A stretch of DNA of 51,170 nucleotides from Candidatus Nomurabacteria bacterium. Lineage in GTDB: Bacteria; Patescibacteriota; Dojkabacteria; SC72; JAHDCA01. This document shows positions 44,192-51,170 of the stretch, piece by piece; the stretch's first letter is position 1; each line of letters opens with the position of its first letter. A model generated the notes under the pieces. The model saw only the letters and a program-made list of their open reading frames with translations, did no database searches and had not been told where the DNA came from. The position numbers and the translations under genes are program-made. Location: contig JACKFQ010000003.1 in the NCBI GenBank assembly GCA_020632395.1, forward strand, positions 1-51,170. Reading direction: 5' to 3'.

Positions 44192-46435
44192 ATGAAAATT
44201 ACCAGAAAAGGATTAACCTTTATAATCGTAGGATTTTTCATTATTGCCATACCGGTTATCATTTATGTTGTCTATCAACTTTCCCGCCCATCTACACAAG
44301 TAGGTCCATCAGATAGTAGTGCGGGAGATTATCCACCCCCAGTATTTAATGAGGAGTGTAGTGATCTTGCAGGTCCAGGGGTTACATGTGTAGAGGATGG
44401 GGCGTATTACTGTGAGACCGGAGAAGGTAAGGGTTGTACATATAAACAGAAATGTAAGTGTACCGAATCATACAACGGTAATATTTATTATCAATGGATC
44501 GACAGTGGTGACCAGTGTGCGGATATGTCCGAATGTCCCGCTGCCGGTGGAGGAACATGTACTCAAGCGGAGTGTGATGCAGCAGGTAATGGTCCTGGCC
44601 CCGGTGCGGGTACTACATCCGGTATCTACTGTTTCTGTGATAATTTCCAATGTAGTACTGTGAACGGATCACAGTGTAGTAATAGATGCGATACTGGTTG
44701 TGAAAGCTTTACTGGTGTCTTAGGGTGTGGTGATGATCCAAGACCTGCTTCAGAACAGGATATACCACTTGATTGTTTTGCCCGACAGATCGATTATTAT
44801 GGAGGTACAGGAGGGTATACTCTATGTCCAAGATCTCTTTCTGGGGATGACTGTGAGCCATCAACCCCACCTCCACCTACAGCCGATGTATGTGATATCA
44901 CGGTAAGTGCAGCCTGTGTCGAATCTTCCTCTGCACCTGCCACAATAAATGATGGTGTAAGTGCAGATGTTTCTTGGAATGTGACTGGGGAGAACTTCAC
45001 GATCGGTGAAGGTCAAGGTAGGGTTGTTATCAGGATAAATGATCAAGCAGATGGGTGGTTCACCCAAGGATCAGATACATACTGGGCAACAAGTTATCAG
45101 GATTTCATCACGAGTGGTAAGAATGCAAAATCAGCGACACAAAACTTTGATTTTGGTAGGACTGACGCAGGGGTACAGTACGATAGGATAAAAACTGGTC
45201 ATACATATGAAGTATGGGCAACTGCCTATAAGACACCTGATTCTACTACTGCGATTTGTGAATCACCCAAAGTACCCTTAAACTGCAATGTGACACCACC
45301 ACCACCGCCAAGTACAAGTTGTGGGGATGGTAACTGTGATACTGGTGAAAGATGTGAGGTAAGTAATGAAGGAACGGCATTCTCATGCCCGATAGGTGGT
45401 CCAAACAAAACGATCAAATCATGTAGAGCGGACTGTACATATTGTGGTGATGGGATAATAGATGCAGGTGAGCAGTGTGATGATGGAAATTCTGATAATG
45501 GGGATGGTTGTAATTCAAGCTGTCAGACCGAGGCAATAACAAAAGAGCCATATTGCGGGGATGGTGTCTGTAATCAAACAACTGAGATGTGTGAGGCAAA
45601 TAAAAGCTGTATTGATGATACCCAACAAAATGTTGAATGTAGAGTGAATTGTACATATTGTGGTGACGGAGAACTGAATGGTGATGAGCAGTGTGATGAT
45701 GGCAATGATAATGATGATGATGCTTGTCGAAATGACTGCTCTCTACCAAGTTGTGGTGACGGTGTGATAGATGATGGGGAAGAGTGTGATGATGGCGCTA
45801 AGAATGGTGGAGATACTTGCACGATAGATTGTAAACTCCCTGCACCATCTGACTGGAGTATTGTGAAGAATGGTACTCCTACATGTACAACTGGCAAAGA
45901 ATTAACCGCACAGATCCTTTACAAGATAACTGTGAAAAATAATGGTACAGGATCAGGTGAGATCGATCGTGTGATCGATACTTTGGATGATGCAGTCGAT
46001 CCGACATGGGTGGATAAAGCTTCGATATCACCTTCATACGGTGTTCTATCCGGAAATATCATTACTTGGACTGTACCCGTTGCTGAGAGGGTACTACAGC
46101 CTGGTGAGAGTAAAGATTTTGTGTATAAAGTGAATGTTCCTTCAGGGTCATTTGGCACTTTTACCAATACTGCAGAGATAATCCCTGTAAGTGGGAATCC
46201 AAGTTCTGTAACCAATCAGACAACCGTTACCTGCTCAACATCGGGAGAACCACTTCCTGATACAGCTATCTTTGATAATATGCTTGGAAGGGTAGGAATA
46301 GGATTACTGCTGATCTCTATCAGTGGTCTGTACTTCTTCATGGATAGTACAGATAAGGTCTTGTTGAGATTCATATCGAAAGATGAGAGATTGGGTTATG
46401 AGAGAGAGAAGTTTGAAAAGAGAACCAAGAAGTGA
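44192..46435 (+). CDS. Cys-rich surface protein B with CGDG/CDDGN (Myxococcus Cys-rich, DUF4215-like) repeats, DUF11-like domain, LPDTA plus TM
   Basis: Repeated CGDG...EQCDDGN..D.DGC...C units; YKITVKNNG..VIDTLD..WTV..LQPGE..FTN; LPDTA, hydrophobic segment, KRTKK tail. Confidence 0.82.
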   Translation: MKITRKGLTFIIVGFFIIAIPVIIYVVYQLSRPSTQVGPSDSSAGDYPPPVFNEECSDLAGPGVTCVEDGAYYCETGEGKGCTYKQKCKCTESYNGNIYYQWIDSGDQCADMSECPAAGGGTCTQAECDAAGNGPGPGAGTTSGIYCFCDNFQCSTVNGSQCSNRCDTGCESFTGVLGCGDDPRPASEQDIPLDCFARQIDYYGGTGGYTLCPRSLSGDDCEPSTPPPPTADVCDITVSAACVESSSAPATINDGVSADVSWNVTGENFTIGEGQGRVVIRINDQADGWFTQGSDTYWATSYQDFITSGKNAKSATQNFDFGRTDAGVQYDRIKTGHTYEVWATAYKTPDSTTAICESPKVPLNCNVTPPPPPSTSCGDGNCDTGERCEVSNEGTAFSCPIGGPNKTIKSCRADCTYCGDGIIDAGEQCDDGNSDNGDGCNSSCQTEAITKEPYCGDGVCNQTTEMCEANKSCIDDTQQNVECRVNCTYCGDGELNGDEQCDDGNDNDDDACRNDCSLPSCGDGVIDDGEECDDGAKNGGDTCTIDCKLPAPSDWSIVKNGTPTCTTGKELTAQILYKITVKNNGTGSGEIDRVIDTLDDAVDPTWVDKASISPSYGVLSGNIITWTVPVAERVLQPGESKDFVYKVNVPSGSFGTFTNTAEIIPVSGNPSSVTNQTTVTCSTSGEPLPDTAIFDNMLGRVGIGLLLISISGLYFFMDSTDKVLLRFISKDERLGYEREKFEKRTKK

Positions 46436-46498
46436 ATCGTATTGCAATGTGAAGATGAGAATTGCTAACATCCCTTGTGGATGTTTGCATTGGGGATA

Positions 46499-46507
46499 TG
46501 CTATAAT
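46499..46507 (+). promoter_or_regulatory. Extended -10 promoter element for the rpsU operon
   Basis: TGCTATAAT 35 nt upstream of the rpsU ATG. Confidence 0.45.
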
Positions 46508-46541
46508 CCCGTGCTTTGAGATTACTTTATAAGTAGGTTAG

Positions 46542-46742
46542 ATGGCAGTAATTGTCCATTCGAACGAGAGTATAGATAGTGCATTGAAAAGGCTTCATCG
46601 TGAGGTTCTTAGGGAAAAGATCCTTGAGACCTTTAGAAATCGGGTCTATCACATTGCACCTTCTAGTCTAGACTCTCAAAAGAGGCGTGAATACGCCAAG
46701 ATGAAAAGACGAAGGAGAACAGCAGCACGAAGAGCTAAGTGA
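46542..46742 (+). CDS. rpsU: 30S ribosomal protein S21
   Basis: NESIDSALKRL, PS...KRRE..K..RR. Confidence 0.9.
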   Translation: MAVIVHSNESIDSALKRLHREVLREKILETFRNRVYHIAPSSLDSQKRREYAKMKRRRRTAARRAK

Positions 46743-46777
46743 TCTTATGATCATCTAAGTTTTTATTCGTTCAAATT

Positions 46778-47224
46778 ATGTCCGAAATTCTGGAAAGAAT
46801 GAGAAAAGATATGTTCAAGGCCGTAAAAGATCACGACCAGGTCATTTCTGGGATCATTCAATTAGCTATAGCAAGTGTGAAGAATTTTGAGATATCAAAG
46901 GGTGAAGATGTATCAGAAGAAGAGATCATAGAAGTACTTCGCAAAGAATCTAAGAAATTGCAAGATAGTATTGATCAATTTACCTCTGCAGGTAGGACAG
47001 ATCTTGTAGATTCCACTCGTATCCAATTAGAATATATCAAACAGTATCTCCCTCAAATGATGAACCTAGAAGAGATCGAGGGATTTGTTGATTCAACAAT
47101 AAAAGAGATGGGGGAGGTGAGTATGAAAGATATGGGTAGGGTTATGGGTGCAGTAATGGGTAAGTTACAAGGAAAAGCAGAGGGAAATGCAGTAAAAGAT
47201 ATAGTGATCAAGAAGTTAAGCTGA
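46778..47224 (+). CDS. yqeY: GatB/YqeY domain protein
   Basis: DSIDQFTSAGRTDL, YLPQMM, KDMGRVMGAVM, GKAEG. Confidence 0.92.
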   Translation: MSEILERMRKDMFKAVKDHDQVISGIIQLAIASVKNFEISKGEDVSEEEIIEVLRKESKKLQDSIDQFTSAGRTDLVDSTRIQLEYIKQYLPQMMNLEEIEGFVDSTIKEMGEVSMKDMGRVMGAVMGKLQGKAEGNAVKDIVIKKLS

Positions 47225-47237
47225 ATGTTTCTGCCCA

Positions 47238-47753
47238 ATGAAAAAAGGTCAGCCAAAGATCGTGTTATTTGGTGTTAGATCCCTTCCACCCAATATCCAA
47301 GAACATACTCTTCTGCAAAATATCGAAAAGATGATCGATCTGATATCCGCCGAGATCAAACTGGTTGTTGATGTGATAGAAGTATCCTTTGTAGATGAAG
47401 AAGCTATAACTGAGATCAATTATGAAACACGAGATATTAGCTCCTCGACAGATGTACTTTCATTTGAGGCAGGAAAACTCGACAGAGAAAAAATAGCGGA
47501 GGTATACGTTTGTTATCCTGTTATTGAGGCAAAGATGTCAGAAGTTGTTCATGATGTTACAGATGAGGAATTTTTAGAAGTTGTAGTAAAAGAACTGATC
47601 CGTATGCTCATACACGGCTTATTGCATACAAATGGATATGATCACAGTACGGAATTAGAGTATGGGTATGAGGATGACAATCCGGAGGCTATGTTCATAG
47701 AGCAAGAGCGAATACTAAAGATCATCCTAAAAACATATCAGAAAAGTAATTAA
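47238..47753 (+). CDS. ybeY: rRNA maturation endoribonuclease YbeY
   Basis: TDVLSF, HGLLHTNGYDH. Confidence 0.92.
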   Translation: MKKGQPKIVLFGVRSLPPNIQEHTLLQNIEKMIDLISAEIKLVVDVIEVSFVDEEAITEINYETRDISSSTDVLSFEAGKLDREKIAEVYVCYPVIEAKMSEVVHDVTDEEFLEVVVKELIRMLIHGLLHTNGYDHSTELEYGYEDDNPEAMFIEQERILKIILKTYQKSN

Positions 47754-47768
47754 TTTATATCAATACAG

Positions 47769-48329
47769 ATGTATCTTTTTGCAGGTTTGGGGAATATTGG
47801 TGATAAATACAAAAATACACCGCATAATGCGGGATTTATGTTTGTAGATCAGTTCCGTGAGTACCTTGGATATGACACATTGTATAGTGTGAATGATTGG
47901 GTATATGACAAATACCTCAACGCCGAGCTTTCTATCGGAAAGGTTGGAATGGAGGAGAAAGTACTTTTTCTAAAGCCAATGACAATGATGAATGCATCAG
48001 GCCTAGCAGTTCGAGAGACATTAAATAGATACGACCTAAAAGCCTCAGAATCCCTTGTAGTTATACATGACGATCTGGATATACCCCTGGGGGAATATAA
48101 GATACAGCGTAATAAAGCTCCCAAGTCTCACAATGGTATAAATAATATCAAGCTAATGATCGGCACATCAGATTATCTTTCTGTACGGATCGGAGTAGAA
48201 AATCGCGTAAACAAAGATATTTCAGGAGAAGATTATGTTCTGATGAAATACAAGGACCAAGACCTTTTGTTACTCAATGAGGTCATCTCAGATGCCTGTC
48301 GTTCGCTACGAAGTCATTTGCAGGTCTGA
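47769..48329 (+). CDS. pth: Peptidyl-tRNA hydrolase
   Basis: GLGNIG.KY..TPHNAGF, KPMTMMNASG, VIHDDLD, HNGI, RIGV. Confidence 0.95.
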   Translation: MYLFAGLGNIGDKYKNTPHNAGFMFVDQFREYLGYDTLYSVNDWVYDKYLNAELSIGKVGMEEKVLFLKPMTMMNASGLAVRETLNRYDLKASESLVVIHDDLDIPLGEYKIQRNKAPKSHNGINNIKLMIGTSDYLSVRIGVENRVNKDISGEDYVLMKYKDQDLLLLNEVISDACRSLRSHLQV

Positions 48330-48333
48330 TCCT

Positions 48334-50832
48334 ATGTTCACGATCAAAGATATCCAAAAGGAATTTGACCCGTTACTTTCATCTCAAGCACGGATTGCTC
48401 TACTTACCGGATTTCCAGACCACTTGGACCTATATACCGTAAGATCTCTCGCCTCTGATCTGCAGAAACGAGTCCAGATCCTCTTTTTTGATGATATTGA
48501 ATCATTTGAATCGTATTCTGAAGGATTATATTCCAATAAAGTTAAGGCATATCTACTGGAGGTAGGAGGAGCTCTCTCGGAGATAGATCTCGTCAAGCAA
48601 GGCTTATCTAGAGTGAATAGAGTTTGGAAGCCTGGTGAATTTTCAATATATGGAGATGTTGCTGTGATTTGGCCAATTGGATTTGTTGATCCTGTCAGGG
48701 TAAGTATGTTTGGGGATGAGATCGAAAATATCAGTATCGTTGATGCAGAAACGCGTAGGCGAATAGAGGAGATCTCCAAGATAGAGATATCACATGGTGG
48801 ATACGATACAGATGATCTTGTAGTGGATACGATAATTGAAGGAGTGCAGTATACAGAGAATTTTCCACTGATGTTGGCAAAGGTTAGGGGAGTAAATAAG
48901 TTCCATGGAGAAGATATCTCTGCTCCAGTCATAGATATTGGTTTCCGAGCACTTCCTCTCGTAGGTGAGAATGTGTTAGCCAGTAGTATCTTAGAAACAT
49001 TGATAAAGACATATACTACAAAGGGTTATTCAATCCAGGCGATCGACACTTCACGTGATAGATATGATTCAGCGAGTGGATATGTGAAAAACATGTCCGA
49101 ATTCAAAAAGGTAGTGGGAGATACACTAGCTATCATCCCGAAAGGTTTTATTGATGAAAGGGAAAAGACCGTTATCCTGACACCATATGAGACATTTGGT
49201 GAATTAGATCTTTCTGATCATTATCATACTGGGGAATCTGTCCATGAGGGGACAGTTGCCTCTATACAGAAGGTTCAAAGAGAAGAGATATTCAAAAAGA
49301 TCGTTCCTGGTGATCATATTGTGCATGATGATCATGGAGTAGGTCAGTACAACGGTGTCATTGAACGGGAAGAAGGTGTTTTCATCGAGGTACGATATGC
49401 CGGTAAGGATCGGTTGTACGTTCCCCTAACCCAGAGCAAGAAGTTGACGAAATATATCGGTTCTGGCAAGGATCCTGTTTTGACTTCGTTAAATAGTGGG
49501 TCTTGGAGACGGATCCGAAAGAAAGCAGAGGCTGATGCTGAGAAATTGGCTATGGAACTCATCCAACTGTATGCAATGCGTAAACTGATGAAGACAGAAC
49601 AGAACGAAGTGAAGCAAAGCGACTTTCAGAACTTTATTGATCGGTTTGAATATCAAGACACCGAAGATCAGATCGTAGCCACAGAGGAGATCATACGAGA
49701 TATGCGCTCCGGATCGCCTATGGATCGTTTATTAGTTGGTGATGTGGGTTTTGGAAAGACAGAGGTTGCAATGAGAGCTATGTACTGGGCTACATTACAA
49801 AAAAAACAGGTGGTGATGCTGGCTCCGACAACCGTATTGGTAGAGCAACATCGGGCAGTGATCGAAGATCGGTTTGAAGGTACTGGAGTAAAGATTTCTG
49901 CAGTATCGAGGTTTTTGCCACCGACCAAACAGAGAGAGGCTATCGAGAGTGCAAAGAATGGTGAGGTCGACATCTTGATCGGTACTCATTCATTACTTAA
50001 TCCTTCGATCAAATTTAAGAATATCGGTCTGATAGTGATCGATGAAGAACAGAAATTTGGGGTTTCTCAGAAAGAATCCTTAAAGCAGAAACGTGTAGAA
50101 TCACATGTACTTTCACTTAGTGCAACACCCATACCTCGTACATTAAATATGTCACTATCTGGAATCCGTGATATCTCTGTAATTGCCACACCCCCTCATA
50201 GAAGACGAGCTATAAAAAATATGTTTGCCAAGTTTGATTGGAGTCTAGTTAATCGTGCTATCAGCAAAGAGCTTGAAAGAAAGGGTCAGGTATATTACCT
50301 CCACAATCGCGTCAAAGACATCATTGATGTTAAGAACAAGTTGCAGAAGTATTTCCCTGGAAGTGTAGTGGAGATCGCTCACGGTCAGCTATCCGACCAT
50401 GAACTCTCTGAGGTAATGTATCGTTTTGGTAAAGGACATATAGACATCCTAGTCTGTACTACTATAATCGAGAATGGTCTCGACCTGCCAAATGTAAATA
50501 CTTTGGTTGTTGATCGTAGTGAGATCTTTGGACTCTCACAGCTATACCAGATACGTGGAAGGATAGGGCGTTCAGACAAACAGGCATATGCATATTTCTT
50601 CCACACCAAGCTTGTAGGACAGGCTGGTGATAGATTGGAGGCACTTGAAGAGGCAGAATCACTAGGTTCAGGTTTCCTTCTAGCCAATCGTGATATGGAG
50701 ATCAGAGGGGTAGGGGAACTACTCGGCAGAGAGCAATCCGGTGCGATCTCTAGCGTAGGATACGGTTTGTATATGACTCTGTTGCAGGAGAAGGTATTGG
50801 AACTGAAGGAAGGGGTCGAGCCAACTTTGTAA
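48334..50832 (+). CDS. mfd: Transcription-repair coupling factor Mfd, shortened
   Basis: CarD/RID PGDHIVHDDHGVGQY, MDRLLVGDVGFGKTEVA, IDEEQKFG, SATPIPRTL, GLSQLYQIRGRIGR, DMEIRGVGELLG; probable start ATG 48334 (ORF opens at 48277). Confidence 0.94.
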   Translation: MFTIKDIQKEFDPLLSSQARIALLTGFPDHLDLYTVRSLASDLQKRVQILFFDDIESFESYSEGLYSNKVKAYLLEVGGALSEIDLVKQGLSRVNRVWKPGEFSIYGDVAVIWPIGFVDPVRVSMFGDEIENISIVDAETRRRIEEISKIEISHGGYDTDDLVVDTIIEGVQYTENFPLMLAKVRGVNKFHGEDISAPVIDIGFRALPLVGENVLASSILETLIKTYTTKGYSIQAIDTSRDRYDSASGYVKNMSEFKKVVGDTLAIIPKGFIDEREKTVILTPYETFGELDLSDHYHTGESVHEGTVASIQKVQREEIFKKIVPGDHIVHDDHGVGQYNGVIEREEGVFIEVRYAGKDRLYVPLTQSKKLTKYIGSGKDPVLTSLNSGSWRRIRKKAEADAEKLAMELIQLYAMRKLMKTEQNEVKQSDFQNFIDRFEYQDTEDQIVATEEIIRDMRSGSPMDRLLVGDVGFGKTEVAMRAMYWATLQKKQVVMLAPTTVLVEQHRAVIEDRFEGTGVKISAVSRFLPPTKQREAIESAKNGEVDILIGTHSLLNPSIKFKNIGLIVIDEEQKFGVSQKESLKQKRVESHVLSLSATPIPRTLNMSLSGIRDISVIATPPHRRRAIKNMFAKFDWSLVNRAISKELERKGQVYYLHNRVKDIIDVKNKLQKYFPGSVVEIAHGQLSDHELSEVMYRFGKGHIDILVCTTIIENGLDLPNVNTLVVDRSEIFGLSQLYQIRGRIGRSDKQAYAYFFHTKLVGQAGDRLEALEEAESLGSGFLLANRDMEIRGVGELLGREQSGAISSVGYGLYMTLLQEKVLELKEGVEPTL

Positions 50833-51170
50833 AGAGAAGTGTGTATCAGTAACAAAATACGCCGAGAAGATTCAGAACGAATCCTATTGATCTTATAGGA
50901 TTAATATGATAATTTGCATTTGATCCCGTTATACTCGATAAAATGATGTAAAACGTTCTGATCTCTCCTTAGCTAATATCGCCCCAACCCTTTCCGAGTC
51001 AACTTTTTTGGCGGAAATCTCAATCTTGCGAGATCCAGTATTGCGACCCAAGATATAACCTGTCGAATACCATGCTGTGGCAACACCTCCAAGACCAAGT
51101 AAATCACGTTCATTTCTTTCAATATACTCTTGCTAATACAGGCATAATGTCCGGAGTTAGAAGTCAGAGT

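Noticed and set aside
422-50855. Numerous antisense or nested ORFs in the track (e.g. 422-883, 16197-16712, 38670-39071, 48384-48932, 50385-50855)
   Set aside because: Shadow frames of well-supported genes on the other strand
50870-51170. 3' end of a minus-strand gene at the window edge
   Set aside because: The most protein-like frame (QEYIERNERDLLGLGG...FYRV*) is cut by upstream stops and another frame is open but unrecognisable; cannot be resolved without flanking sequence
1-51170. Alternative genetic code 25 (UGA=Gly) as in Gracilibacteria/Absconditabacteria
   Set aside because: Conserved genes such as rpmG, mreB (26205), rpmB and rpsU end at TGA at their expected lengths

Overview
Bacterial chromosome segment, AT-rich, translation table 11. 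Gene content points to a Patescibacteria/CPR organism, possibly Dojkabacteria (inference from the alpha2-type GlyRS, two mreB genes, TrmB regulator, missing pyrH, shortened Mfd and Cys-rich surface proteins). Housekeeping backbone: glyQS with a T-box; a tRNA-Thr/Tyr/Thr-rpmG-tRNA-Trp-secE-nusG-rplKAJL cluster broken up by accessory genes; rpmB-mreBCD-mrdA; greA; dprA-topA; radC; rpsB-tsf-frr-rseP; rpsU-yqeY-ybeY-pth-mfd. Three genes or RNAs absent from the ORF track were found by reading: rpmG, an MFS gene remnant and a probable 6S RNA with its own sigma70 promoter. Most unusual: (1) an 11-kb peptide-ligase/peptidase neighbourhood with four ATP-grasp enzymes (RimK-like, CphA2-like, CphA/GshF-like, and an ATP-grasp fused to a RimB-like aspartic protease), a MATCAP/DUF1704 peptidase and a 7TM partner, read as a possible writer/eraser peptide-tagging system; (2) an 18-bp non-palindromic motif, TCC(C/A)GCTAACTTATAGTG, present 7 times and abutting tRNA and gene ends; (3) many locus-specific tandem repeat arrays, one of about 27 units built from copies of the tRNA-Tyr 3' end; (4) altered translation proteins (uS2 with an alpha-CTD-like HhH tail, EF-Ts with a doubled UBA domain). 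No CRISPR array, rRNA, transposase or integrase is visible. All family assignments are from motif recognition, not database searches.
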